A DNA stretch of 64,000 bases from Candidatus Pacearchaeota archaeon. Lineage in GTDB: Archaea; Nanobdellota; Nanobdellia; Pacearchaeales; GW2011-AR1. How positions within the stretch are numbered: the first letter of the stretch is position 1; the number at the start of each line of letters is the position of its first letter. Position numbers and translations under genes: made by a program. Where the stretch lies: contig SICV01000003.1 in assembly GCA_009694725.1 (NCBI GenBank), forward strand, positions 21,381 through 85,380, read 5' to 3'. Shown here piece after piece: positions 1 to 9,788 of the stretch. The notes below the pieces were generated by a model. That model was not told the origin of the DNA. It ran no database searches and saw only the letters and a program-made list of their open reading frames with translations.

Positions 1-125
1 TCCATCACCGGTTTTCCGGTGATAATCTGTCCGACTCGGTATTTGTATGCTGTATTCCTCTTGTATTCTTGTTGCATAAATGGGAAGGGAGTTTGAGGAC
101 TTATAAGTATTTAGTTTGAGGACCC

Positions 126-2156
126 CTATAATCGTTGGATGAGCCCTTTCCGAGGTTTGAAGATATCTCCTGACTTTGCGAGTTGGTTCAGTGCTTCTTC
201 GAGTTCAATAGGCCCTACATTTACGCCAAGTTCTTTGATGAGTTCTTCTTCAGGAATCTGTTTGCCCAGTTTGAGGGATAATCTTTCGATTGCTTCTCGT
301 ACAAGAATTATTTTACTTCGTTTACTTGCTGAAATACCTGTAGTGACACGATCAATATCAAAGCTCTTTGTTTCTTCATCGTATCCTACTTGACGCATGG
401 CATATTTTGTTATATCAATAGCCTGCTTTGCATCTCGTTGCTGGACTTCATCACTGAGGCGAGCTTTTGAGCATGCTTCTGAAAGACGAATGATGCCTTC
501 AAGTTGACGAGCAGTGATTGAGATAGGTTTTACGCCCTTTGTATCTGATTTTGAAGATTGGTGACGCATTTCAATATAAAATCTTTTAATTTCTTCTACT
601 GCTTCATCAGTTAATTTCGGTTTGCAATTTTTTCGAGCATAGGCAATATATTTTCTGAGTAATTTTTGATCTATGACATCATGCACCAATTCTTGTTTAT
701 GTTCTTTAAGGATATGTGATGCAATTGCCTCGTCTTGCGCTTTATTGGGAATATCTCGAACAACGAAGATAAGGTCAAATCTACTTAATAATGCCGGAGT
801 AATCTCTATTTGTTGAGGAATGGGGGTATGGGGATCAAATCGTCCGAGTTTTGGGTTCCCTGCAGCTAACACGGTTGTTTCTGCACGGAGGGTTGCTTGG
901 ATGTTTGCTTTTGACACCGTTACGGTTTGCTGTTCCATTGCTTCGTGCATCGCCGACCGATCTTGTTCAGTCATTTTTTCAATTTCGTCAATACAGACAA
1001 TACCCTTATTAGACAAAACCATTGCTCCTGCTTCTAATGACCATCCTTTGAGGAATTCATCTTTAATAACTGCTGCCGTGAGGCCTGCTGCAGAAGCTGC
1101 TCGTCCTGATACGTATCGTCCCTTTGGACCAATTACTGAAGCAAATTTAAGTAATACTGATTTTGCCACTCCAGGGTCTCCGACCATCAATACGTGTATA
1201 TCTCCTCGTGTTGAGCCCCCATCCGTTTTTTTCTTTTTGACGCCACCGAATAATTGTAATAATACGGCTTCTTTTTGTTCTTTGAATCCATAAATTGAAG
1301 GAGCAATACTTTTACTGAGGCGTTCGAGGGCGTTTGGAGTTGTTGCTATTTCTAATATTTGTTTTGTGTCTTCTTCAGTGACATTCAAATCTTCAAATGT
1401 TTCTTCCATGGGAATAACATTATTTGCTTCAATTGCAATATCATATCGTGTAGAAATTGCTCCTGTTTGGAGTGGGATGGGGACTTCTTTGAGCGTTCCA
1501 ATGACACATACCCGACTTCCGGGTGTGGTTCGTTCTTCCATTTTTGGATCAACCAGATCTTCTTGAAGAAAGACGTTGATACGACGAGGTTGTTCTCCCC
1601 CATCAAGGCTATCGGGGGATTCTTCAATGACTAATCGTTGGGTATCCATCATTTCTTTGGTTAAGATGGTGAATGGTCCTTTCCAGCCGCAGGTACAGCG
1701 TGCAGGGTCGCGGAATTTTTTATCTATTTGTAATACTGAAATAACTGCTCCACAGCTGGCACATTCGAATTTTGCTTTTGTTACTTGTGGACGGACATCA
1801 GACGCTTGCCGGATAATGCCTTCAATTTTGATAAATTTGTCTAAATGTTTTGCACGAATGTTTCTAATTTTAATTTCTGCACTTTTTGGAATTTGAGTAA
1901 AACGGATACGTGCTTTTTCTTTGAGACCTGATTCTTCGAGTGCTTCTTCTAAAAGAGGTATGGTTTGTTCAGGGCTTTCAAGAACTTGTTCAGAGAGTTC
2001 AGGAGAGTGTTCGATGAGAAGATCGAGCGGAAGTTTAACGGTATTTGCATCTGGTCTCAGGAACTCGGAGATCATTTTTTTATTATCATCGATAAAGTTC
2101 TTTGCTTCTAAAAGTAGCTCTTCACGTCTTTTCTTTGAGGCGAGGGTATCTGCCAT
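126..2156 (-). CDS. mcm: MCM replicative helicase
   Basis: 676 aa; zinc finger CASCG...CTCGW; Walker A GDPGVAKS; Walker B CIDEIEKM; MCM-type arginine finger region; typical archaeal MCM length. Confidence 0.9.
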   Translation of the reverse strand: MADTLASKKRREELLLEAKNFIDDNKKMISEFLRPDANTVKLPLDLLIEHSPELSEQVLESPEQTIPLLEEALEESGLKEKARIRFTQIPKSAEIKIRNIRAKHLDKFIKIEGIIRQASDVRPQVTKAKFECASCGAVISVLQIDKKFRDPARCTCGWKGPFTILTKEMMDTQRLVIEESPDSLDGGEQPRRINVFLQEDLVDPKMEERTTPGSRVCVIGTLKEVPIPLQTGAISTRYDIAIEANNVIPMEETFEDLNVTEEDTKQILEIATTPNALERLSKSIAPSIYGFKEQKEAVLLQLFGGVKKKKTDGGSTRGDIHVLMVGDPGVAKSVLLKFASVIGPKGRYVSGRAASAAGLTAAVIKDEFLKGWSLEAGAMVLSNKGIVCIDEIEKMTEQDRSAMHEAMEQQTVTVSKANIQATLRAETTVLAAGNPKLGRFDPHTPIPQQIEITPALLSRFDLIFVVRDIPNKAQDEAIASHILKEHKQELVHDVIDQKLLRKYIAYARKNCKPKLTDEAVEEIKRFYIEMRHQSSKSDTKGVKPISITARQLEGIIRLSEACSKARLSDEVQQRDAKQAIDITKYAMRQVGYDEETKSFDIDRVTTGISASKRSKIILVREAIERLSLKLGKQIPEEELIKELGVNVGPIELEEALNQLAKSGDIFKPRKGLIQRL

Positions 2157-2209
2157 ACGTAAGAGGATGAGTAGCGCTTTATATTGATTAGTATAGCCCG
2201 TAATGCTTG

Positions 2210-3334
2210 TTATTCAAATGCATATCTCAAGAATGCACCTGCACCCTTGGTGAGATTGAAGAATTGTTCCCCTTCTTGGTTTTCATAGCCTATGGGGAGA
2301 TACTCTGCACCTGATATTTCACAGAGTTTTTCCAATTCTATTTGTTGGGCTTTTGGAAGTTTCTTTGAGACTAATACTTTTTCCGCGGCATTATTTTCAA
2401 GGGCGCGTTTTACCTTTTCAAACTCATAACAGGTTTTATCTTTCTTTTTGCCGAGCCATTCAAAGAATTGCTGGATGAGCTTCTTTTCAAGGATAAACTC
2501 TTGTTCTGCAATTTCATCATCACAGGCTTCTACGAGAAGTTTGAGTCCGTGTTCATCAGTATAGCCGATATCTTTCACCGCAATGATTTTTTCTTTGAGC
2601 CTAGTGACTAAGTCACTCTCTTCAATGAACTCATCTTTGGTCGGGATGGGCCCTCCAATGAGAAAGCCTTTCAGTTTCGGCATATCGAAAAAGATTTCTT
2701 TCATTGCTTCTGCGGTTCGTTTAAAGAATTCTTTTGCAAGTCCTTCGGTGACTCGATGGAATCGCTGGGCTGACTGCCCTCCTGCACGTACTTTACTCGG
2801 GACACCTGAGGTGAGTTCTCGAATGACTTCAATTTTCTTGCCAATCAGGATACCGATGGTTGCGACTTGGCGGTCGATTGCTAACAGCCCATAGACTTCT
2901 TGGACTTCAAGCATTTCTTTGAGGGGGTCGATCATGAATACTTGGTCGCATCGATAGAGACGGACGTTTAAGGACTTGGGAGGTTCGTAGAGCCAGAGTT
3001 GGATATCTTGTTGCCCTTCTTTTTCTGAAACGTTCCCACAATAACAGGCAAGGCCATTTGGGGGAGTCGCTTTCATGAGTTTGAGTTCACGGGTCATTTT
3101 TTCAATGGCGGTGGTGACAGCTGTTCGGGTTTGTTTTGATTTGATGTTATCTGCCATGCCCCCTTCAAATTCAAGCTGCCTTACCACGGCGTCTTTGTTA
3201 AAGCCTGCGGGGATGAGGACTGAGACTAATTCGGTGTGCCGGCCTCTAATACTTCCGAGTAAGTTGACCAGATCTTCGAGTTTCAGGCGCTCTTTAGGCG
3301 TCATTTCTTTTAATTCATACTTCTTGGGTGCCAT
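2210..3334 (-). CDS. prf1: peptide chain release factor aRF1 (eRF1 homolog)
   Basis: 374 aa; NIKS motif (MADNIKSKQTR) and GGQ motif (GGQSAQRF) both present. Confidence 0.9.
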   Translation of the reverse strand: MAPKKYELKEMTPKERLKLEDLVNLLGSIRGRHTELVSVLIPAGFNKDAVVRQLEFEGGMADNIKSKQTRTAVTTAIEKMTRELKLMKATPPNGLACYCGNVSEKEGQQDIQLWLYEPPKSLNVRLYRCDQVFMIDPLKEMLEVQEVYGLLAIDRQVATIGILIGKKIEVIRELTSGVPSKVRAGGQSAQRFHRVTEGLAKEFFKRTAEAMKEIFFDMPKLKGFLIGGPIPTKDEFIEESDLVTRLKEKIIAVKDIGYTDEHGLKLLVEACDDEIAEQEFILEKKLIQQFFEWLGKKKDKTCYEFEKVKRALENNAAEKVLVSKKLPKAQQIELEKLCEISGAEYLPIGYENQEGEQFFNLTKGAGAFLRYAFE

Positions 3335-3373
3335 ATTCTAAGGACGCTGAGAATGGTTAATAAGGTTATGGTG

Positions 3374-5704
3374 TTAGGCGAGTATTGTTACCGTTCTCTT
3401 TCCGGTTGTTATTGTTTGAGTGGTGGTAACTGCCTTGAGATCATCGAGTACCGATGCGAGAAGTTTTTGTTCTGGTGCGGGGAGGATGAGGGAGACGGGG
3501 ACTTTCATTGATTTTTGTGCTTTTGATTTTTCTGTACGAACGAGGGTGATGATGTCGAGGAGGGTTGTCCAGGTTACCTCATCATTTTTTGTTGCTTTAA
3601 GCTTTATAGGGATTGGCCAGGCAGATGTGTGAATAGAAGAGGTTTTTTCCTGCTTTTTGAAATAGGTTTGGTAGATCTCTTCGGTGATATAGGGAGTGAA
3701 CGGGGCAAAAAGCTTGGTGAGGGTGAGGAAGGCGGTGCTCAGTGTCCAGGCTGCAGAGGTTTTGCCTTCTGGTGAGCCGGAGTACACGCGTGTTTTCACG
3801 AGTTCAATATAATTGTCTGCGAAGACTTTCCAGAAAAAATGATCAGTGACGGCCTTTGCACGAGAATATTCGTAGCTTTCAAATGCATCTGTTGCTTCTT
3901 GTATTGTTTTGTTGAGTTGGATGAGGAAGAGCCGATCTGTTTCTTCGAGTCCGGGTTGTTTGGAGGGAATGGTGAGGTTACTAAAGATGAATTGTGCCGC
4001 GTTTTTGAGTTTGGTGATAAATTTTTGTGCGGTGACGATGTCTTTTTCTTGATAATCCAGGTCTTCTCCCAGTTTAGAGGTTGCTGCCCAGTATCTGAGT
4101 GCGTCCGCTCCGTACTGTGCCATGATGGGCTGGGGGTCAACACCATTCCCTTTGCTTTTGCTCATTTTTTCTCCGCCCATCGATACGTTGCCTGAGATGA
4201 TAATATCATTCCAAGGGAGGGTGTTCTCATGATAGAGGGCTCGGACAATGGTGTAGAATGCCCAGGTACGAATGATGTCATGTGCTTGGGGGCGGAGGGA
4301 GAACGGAACGACTGCTTTCCCTTTCACGAGTTGGGAGACAATCTGAGGGCTGAGAGAGGAGGTTGCCCAAGTATCTAAGACTTTTGTTTCTGGCGTGCAG
4401 GGTTTTTTGCACGTTTGACAGGTCTTTTTTGTTTGGAGGGGGTCAACTGGAAGTTCTGCAGGGGTTGCTACTACTGTTTCTTTACATGTTTCACAGAACC
4501 AGACAGGTAAGGGGATCCCAAAATGTCTATCGCGCGAGATTGACCAGTCCCATTCAAGACCATTCACCCAATTTTCATATCGTTTGAACATTTGCGTTGG
4601 ATACCACGTGACTTTTTTTCCTTGGGTGATGAGTTTCTTTTTGTTTTCTATTATTTGTATAAACCATTGGTCGGTGGGGAGGAATTCTACGAAAGTTCTG
4701 CACTTATCATGTACGTTGACGACATGTTTGATTTGCTTTTGGTCGGTAACTAAGCCTTTTTCTTTAAGCTCCTTCAGGATACGAGAACGTGCTTCCTTCG
4801 GTTTCATACCCTGATAGGGTGCGACGTTCAGCGTGCCGTCTTTATTGCGAATAATAACCGGGGTGAGTTTATGGCGTGCAATTGCATCGGCGTCATATTT
4901 GTCACCATATGAACAAATCATAAGGACACCTGTCCCTTTATCTATCTGGGCTGACTCATCTGCTTTAATCGGTACTTTTTTTCCAAGAGGGGTTGTCGCT
5001 TCTTTCCCGATCAGGTGTGTGTAGCGTGTATCTGCAGGGTTGACGAAGACGGCGACACAGGCAGGAAGGAGTTCAGGGCGTGTGGTTGCGATGGGGAGCT
5101 TTTCTTTCCCTGCAATGAAGAGGAGTGTGGAGAAGAAGGTGTCTTTTTCACTATCTTCTAATTCTGCTTGGGCAATGGCTGTTTGACACTCCGGGCACCA
5201 GAGCGTCGGGAATGCTTTATGGTAAACTTTTTTGTCTGTATAGAGATCGAGGAAGGCTTGTTGAGAGATTTTTCTAGTTGTATCGTCAATGGTTGAATAG
5301 GTGAGGGCGTAGTCTGCAGAGATACCGAGGTTTTTCCAATCTTGGACGAATGCAGGAGTGATTTCTTTGAGTGTTGCAAGGCAGAGTGTGATGAAGTCTG
5401 CGCGAGACATGTCTTTGCTTTTTACGTTTTTGAGTTTTTCAACGAGGCGTTCGGTGGGGAGACCATTATCATCCGTGCCAAATGGATAGAGCACATTCTC
5501 ACCTTTCATACGGTGGTAGCGGACGATGAAGTCTTGTTGGGCATAGGAGAAGGCATGGCCCATATGCATTGCTCCTGAAACAGTTGGAGGGGGCGTGTCT
5601 ACCGAGAATATCTTTTTTCCTTTGGGATTAAAGGCGTATACCTTTTCTTTTTCCCAGAAGGTGCGCCATTTTGCTTCCATCTCGGGTGTGGTTTGTTCTG
5701 GCAT
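3374..5704 (-). CDS. valS: class I aminoacyl-tRNA synthetase, Val/Ile/Leu subfamily; most likely valyl-tRNA synthetase
   Basis: 776 aa; HIGH-type motif PPPTVSGAMHMGHAF; KMSKS motif EKMSKSKGNGVDP; large CP1 insertion; compact size. Sub-type assignment made from motif context only. Confidence 0.6.
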   Translation of the reverse strand: MPEQTTPEMEAKWRTFWEKEKVYAFNPKGKKIFSVDTPPPTVSGAMHMGHAFSYAQQDFIVRYHRMKGENVLYPFGTDDNGLPTERLVEKLKNVKSKDMSRADFITLCLATLKEITPAFVQDWKNLGISADYALTYSTIDDTTRKISQQAFLDLYTDKKVYHKAFPTLWCPECQTAIAQAELEDSEKDTFFSTLLFIAGKEKLPIATTRPELLPACVAVFVNPADTRYTHLIGKEATTPLGKKVPIKADESAQIDKGTGVLMICSYGDKYDADAIARHKLTPVIIRNKDGTLNVAPYQGMKPKEARSRILKELKEKGLVTDQKQIKHVVNVHDKCRTFVEFLPTDQWFIQIIENKKKLITQGKKVTWYPTQMFKRYENWVNGLEWDWSISRDRHFGIPLPVWFCETCKETVVATPAELPVDPLQTKKTCQTCKKPCTPETKVLDTWATSSLSPQIVSQLVKGKAVVPFSLRPQAHDIIRTWAFYTIVRALYHENTLPWNDIIISGNVSMGGEKMSKSKGNGVDPQPIMAQYGADALRYWAATSKLGEDLDYQEKDIVTAQKFITKLKNAAQFIFSNLTIPSKQPGLEETDRLFLIQLNKTIQEATDAFESYEYSRAKAVTDHFFWKVFADNYIELVKTRVYSGSPEGKTSAAWTLSTAFLTLTKLFAPFTPYITEEIYQTYFKKQEKTSSIHTSAWPIPIKLKATKNDEVTWTTLLDIITLVRTEKSKAQKSMKVPVSLILPAPEQKLLASVLDDLKAVTTTQTITTGKRTVTILA

Positions 5705-5754
5705 TATTCTTCAGGGGGAGGAAGGGTTTTAAGGTTTCTGTTCGTGTAAGAAAC

Positions 5755-6366
5755 ATGGATAGAAAGAAAGAATTTCTTCGTATCTTCAAACTTGCTGATA
5801 CGAAATTTGGGAAGTCAGACTATCGACTTGCAGGTGAAGCATGGGTGGAGCCCTGGCAGACCGTTGTGGTGACGATTATGTCGGCGCAGTCTCGGGATGA
5901 GACCACGATTCCTATTGCGGAAGCATTGTTTGCGCGGTATCCGACACTTGTGTCACTTGCCGAGGCGCGGTATGCAGAGGTGTTAGAGATTTTACGCAGT
6001 ATGAATTATAATCGTACAAAGGCACGGCATGTTATTGCATGTGCGAAAGAGATTTTAGTTCGGTATAACGGGGAGGTTCCAGAGACGATCGATGAGCTGA
6101 TTACGTTACCTGGTGTTGGGCGGAAGACGGCGAACTTAGTGGTGACGGAGTGTTTTGGAAAGCAAGGGATTTGTGTTGATACGCATGTGCACCGGATTGC
6201 GAATGTACTTGGGCTAGTGAAAACAAAGACACCGACTGAAACGGAATTTGCATTAATGGACGTCGCACCACAGCGCTATTGGGGGAAAATTAATCGTGTT
6301 TTTGTATTGTGGGGGAAGGCTGTGGCGGGACGGGATAAGAAAAAACTGCTCGCTGTTCTGAGATAG
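5755..6366 (+). CDS. nth: endonuclease III-like HhH-GPD DNA glycosylase, lacking Fe-S cysteines
   Basis: HhH-GPD motif LPGVGRKTANLVV with catalytic Lys and VDTHVHRI Asp; no C-terminal Cx6Cx2Cx5C cluster. The ORF track starts at 5671 and overlaps the valS start, so the start at M 5755 (MDRKKEF) is preferred. Confidence 0.75.
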   Translation: MDRKKEFLRIFKLADTKFGKSDYRLAGEAWVEPWQTVVVTIMSAQSRDETTIPIAEALFARYPTLVSLAEARYAEVLEILRSMNYNRTKARHVIACAKEILVRYNGEVPETIDELITLPGVGRKTANLVVTECFGKQGICVDTHVHRIANVLGLVKTKTPTETEFALMDVAPQRYWGKINRVFVLWGKAVAGRDKKKLLAVLR

Positions 6367-6715
6367 TTTTTTATATAGCTTCTTTGCTTTGTTTTCTATG
6401 TTATGGTATCGATTATCGCGGAATATGCCCGCGGATATTTTTAATGATCTCACCGGTTATTTTTTCCAGCATGGTCTTGACCTTGTTCCCCATGAGAAGC
6501 ATACTTCTTTTGTGGGGAAGGGTGCGAATGTACGCGTGTTTCCTCAGAAGATTGGTTTTGTGTTTACCGGGAATGCGTGCACTTCAGGACTAGGGTCTCG
6601 ACTGTTACGAGAGGTCTATCAAAAGGTTCCCGCATTTGAACGTCTTGATGAAGATCAACCGGGAGAAATTGAAGAATTGCGGAGACAGTTTCCTTTCCTC
6701 TATGAATTGCGGTAA

Positions 6716-7084
6716 TTAGAATGGACCGTAGAGATGGAACCCCGCATCTCCTTGGTAATACATATAATATTCAGTTTGGCAGTCGAGTACATACGTTGCT
6801 CCCCACCCACCCACATATCCTCGAGGCGCAATACTCTGTTCGTATAGTACTTTTGTTGCTTGTTTTCCTGATTGGCACAATTTGTTCCCTGCTCCTTTGT
6901 CAATAATGACTTGAGGGTCTTTCTCTTCGATTATTTTTTCTTGGTATTCTTGTGTGAGTGCAGGGTATCGCTCTTCCAATTCGGTATTGATGGTGTAACT
7001 TCCTTTGCCTGACTCATGATAATACCAGACGCCTCCAAGGATACATATCAGTACACCTATTCCACCAAGCATCTTACTATTCAT
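6716..7084 (-). CDS. hypothetical membrane-anchored protein
   Basis: 122 aa; N-terminal TM (LGGIGVLICILGGVWYY); no recognisable motif. Confidence 0.4.
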   Translation of the reverse strand: MNSKMLGGIGVLICILGGVWYYHESGKGSYTINTELEERYPALTQEYQEKIIEEKDPQVIIDKGAGNKLCQSGKQATKVLYEQSIAPRGYVGGWGATYVLDCQTEYYMYYQGDAGFHLYGPF

Positions 7085-7344
7085 ACTATCTTACTCCCTT
7101 TTTCTTATTTAAACTCTCTTTTGACTCTTGTCCTCTCTGGAACTATCTTTGCTTTGCGGTAGGTTTTTATAGGAATAAAGAGCAATAGTTTTATGGCACA
7201 ACAGCAAGGAGTACAAACACCTTCCGGGTTTGGAGGATTGATGCGGTTTAATGAAGAATTTGAGAGTAAATTTAAGATGACTCCCGGGCAGGTTGTTGGG
7301 TTTTTGGTAGTGATTGTATTGTTTTCAATTGCATTGCATATCTT

Positions 7345-7707
7345 TTGGCCGTTGCCTGTAGGAGTATAATCATGTTTGGTAATTTAGGCGGGATTAATCC
7401 GGGGCAAATGAAAGCTATGATGAAGCAGATGGGTATTACTCAGGAATCAATTCCCGCGATGCGCGTTATTATTGAACAAGAGGGGAAACGTATGGTGATT
7501 GCGAATCCAGGCGTTGAGAAAATTACGATGAAGGGACAAGTGAGCTGGCAAATTACGGGGGATGCAACTGAAGAATCTGCCGCGGTTTCGTTCTCTGAGG
7601 AAGATGTGCAATTGGTTGTTGATCAGACCGGGAAATCTGAAACGGAAGTCCGGAAGGTATTGGGTGAAACGAAGGATTTAGCCGAGACGATAAGCCGCTT
7701 GTCATAA
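7345..7707 (+). CDS. nac: nascent polypeptide-associated complex protein (NAC alpha homolog)
   Basis: MFGNLGGINPGQMKAMMKQMGI resembles the archaeal NAC N-terminus; C-terminal UBA-like tail. The true start is probably the internal M at 7372. Confidence 0.65.
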   Translation: MAVACRSIIMFGNLGGINPGQMKAMMKQMGITQESIPAMRVIIEQEGKRMVIANPGVEKITMKGQVSWQITGDATEESAAVSFSEEDVQLVVDQTGKSETEVRKVLGETKDLAETISRLS

Positions 7708-7820
7708 GTTCGGTTAATTAACTCATTCCTTCGTGCGGGAAAGGTATATATACTTCTTTATAGTTAATACTTGAGTGCCTCTTCTGTTGTTTTCCTGAAG
7801 GGGACTACTATCCCCCATAC

Positions 7821-8246
7821 ATGGAACATATCATTAAAGAAAAAATCAGCGCTGATCATCTGCTCTATGTGAGTTTAAAGTATACGAAGACGTGTGATGT
7901 TATTATTAATTTATTATTACGCTGGAAAATTCTTATTGAACTTGCAATGGATAAGTTGGTTGAGCGCGCGAAGAAAGAAAAGAAATGGAAACCTATTCCT
8001 GATGCTCCTCGCGCTAAGTTAGTTGCTTTGAAACGTATTTATGCGGATGATGAATTGATTACGAAGACCTTGAATCTCTATGAATTGTTTCGAGATATTG
8101 ATGGATTGGACAAAGTGCGTGAACATGAATTTCGTAAAGGTGTAAACTTGCGTGTGACGTATAAAGGGGAACTTATCAATATTAACCTCGATATGTTGAA
8201 AGAATATGCGTCAGTGCTGGAAAGGTTTATAAGCTCCTTGAAGTAA
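7821..8246 (+). CDS. hypothetical protein
   Basis: 141 aa ORF immediately upstream of the MinD/ParA ATPase gene on the same strand; no motif recognised. Confidence 0.4.
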   Translation: MEHIIKEKISADHLLYVSLKYTKTCDVIINLLLRWKILIELAMDKLVERAKKEKKWKPIPDAPRAKLVALKRIYADDELITKTLNLYELFRDIDGLDKVREHEFRKGVNLRVTYKGELININLDMLKEYASVLERFISSLK

Positions 8247-8279
8247 ATTGACCTACAACGCCTCGGCGTTATCACTGTT

Positions 8280-9035
8280 ATGGCTGTTATTATTACTATT
8301 ACATCTGGAAAGGGAGGGGTTGGTAAAACGACCACATCTATTAACTTGGGCGCAGCCTTGAATTCATTTGGTAAAGAGGTAATTATTCTTGATGCGAACT
8401 TAACTACTCCGAATGTAGGGTTACATTTAGGTGCTCCCGTTGTGCCCGTGAGTTTGAATCATGTGCTTTCAGGTAGGGCAAAAGTTGGCGATGCGATTTA
8501 TGAACATGAATCTGGAATGAAAATTATTCCCAGTTCTTTATCGATTAAAGAATTGAAACGTTTGAATCATGGGAAGTTGAAAGATGTAGGAAAGAAATTG
8601 AGAAAGATGGCAGATTATATTATTTATGACTCTGCTGCAGGTCTTGGAGAAGAAGCTCTTGCTTCATTAGAATCCGGAGATGAATTGATTATTGTGACGA
8701 ATCCTGAAATTCCTGCTGTGACGGATGCATTGAAGACTGCTAAGGTAATTGAGCAATTGGGGAAGACGGTTCGAGGAGTGATTGTGACACGTGTCCGAGG
8801 GGTTAAAACCGAAATGCCTATACAAAATGTACGTGATATGTTAGAATTACCTATTATTGGGGTGATTCCTGAAGATAAAAATGTCCAGGCTGCTTTGATT
8901 TTGAAAGATGCCTTAGTCCATACACATCCAAAGAGTCGAGCATCACGAGCGTATCGCTTATTGGCTGCTCGTATTATTGGGAATACCACCTATAAAGAAG
9001 ATCTTTCCTTGTGGGATCGGATGTTTTACTCGTAA
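8280..9035 (+). CDS. minD: MinD/ParA-family P-loop ATPase
   Basis: Deviant Walker A GKGGVGKTTTSINLGAAL; 251 aa; typical archaeal MinD length. Confidence 0.85.
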   Translation: MAVIITITSGKGGVGKTTTSINLGAALNSFGKEVIILDANLTTPNVGLHLGAPVVPVSLNHVLSGRAKVGDAIYEHESGMKIIPSSLSIKELKRLNHGKLKDVGKKLRKMADYIIYDSAAGLGEEALASLESGDELIIVTNPEIPAVTDALKTAKVIEQLGKTVRGVIVTRVRGVKTEMPIQNVRDMLELPIIGVIPEDKNVQAALILKDALVHTHPKSRASRAYRLLAARIIGNTTYKEDLSLWDRMFYS

Positions 9036-9093
9036 CGAATAAAACCTGTTCTTTCTCAGATCTTTATTTATAGAACTTTTTCTTCTTCAGTGT

Positions 9094-9420
9094 ATGAGTG
9101 CAGTTAGGGGGAGTTCTCGGCAACATAATCTGGCTCTTCTTCGCACTATTCTTAATAATGATTTCTATCGTGCGCGGCGTGCTGAGGGTGAAGCACAGGA
9201 AGCCTTTGAAGTCTTTGTGCGACACGCCGATGTTGACCTCCTGGCTCGCTGGGCTCATACGTTACATGAAGAGATTCATCGTGCTACGAAAGGAGTATAT
9301 CGTTTTCAGCCGGGGCATGCGATACGAGAGGAAGGAATACATACGGTTATTGATACGACTGGGAAACGAGGATTTCCGTTATCGTGGCATTCGGTTGGCT
9401 CTCCTGGTTTTTCTGATTAG
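9094..9420 (+). CDS. hypothetical protein
   Basis: 108 aa. Preferred over the overlapping 9098..9475 frame because its third codon positions are T-rich like the validated genes in this window. Confidence 0.35.
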   Translation: MSAVRGSSRQHNLALLRTILNNDFYRARRAEGEAQEAFEVFVRHADVDLLARWAHTLHEEIHRATKGVYRFQPGHAIREEGIHTVIDTTGKRGFPLSWHSVGSPGFSD

Positions 9421-9788
9421 TTGGTGCAGTCTTCGGAAGTTGAAATGGAACTCTGGGAAGAATCAGTGGTCATAAGGAAGTGTTGACCGAGCCCCTTGGT
9501 GTTTTTCGACTTTTTCTCTCCTGACGTGTTGATGCAGGTATTTGGTACCTATTATCGAGATACGGTGAATACGCATAACTGTATGCCTTTGCATGTGGAA
9601 TCTGTGTTCTATCATATACCTGGGTGTCACGAGAAGTTTCGTGTGCGGGGTTTTCCGTATCCACATACTTTTTCGACTTGGATGTGTTAATTTTTTAAGG
9701 GATGAATGAGGAAAAAGAAAACTATTATCGCTTGCACGTTTGTGTTGCGTGATTGTTAGCTTTTACTTATTCGAATTTTCTGAGAGGT

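Noticed and set aside
820-1634. Antisense or embedded ORFs inside long conserved genes (for example 820-1293, 1359-1634, 3796-4195, 13219-13779, 13769-14227, 25381-26073, 37441-37946, 43314-43831, 51103-51690)
   Set aside because: They lie wholly within, and antisense to or out of frame with, strongly supported genes (mcm, valS, topA, cdc48, RFC and others). They have low-complexity or Ser/Cys-rich translations typical of spurious frames.
9098-9475. 125-aa ORF with hydrophobic N-terminus overlapping ORF 9094-9420 in a different frame
   Set aside because: Third codon positions are C/G/A-rich, unlike the T-rich third positions of validated genes in this window. The +2-shifted 9094-9420 frame fits host codon usage better. 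Only one of the two can be real.
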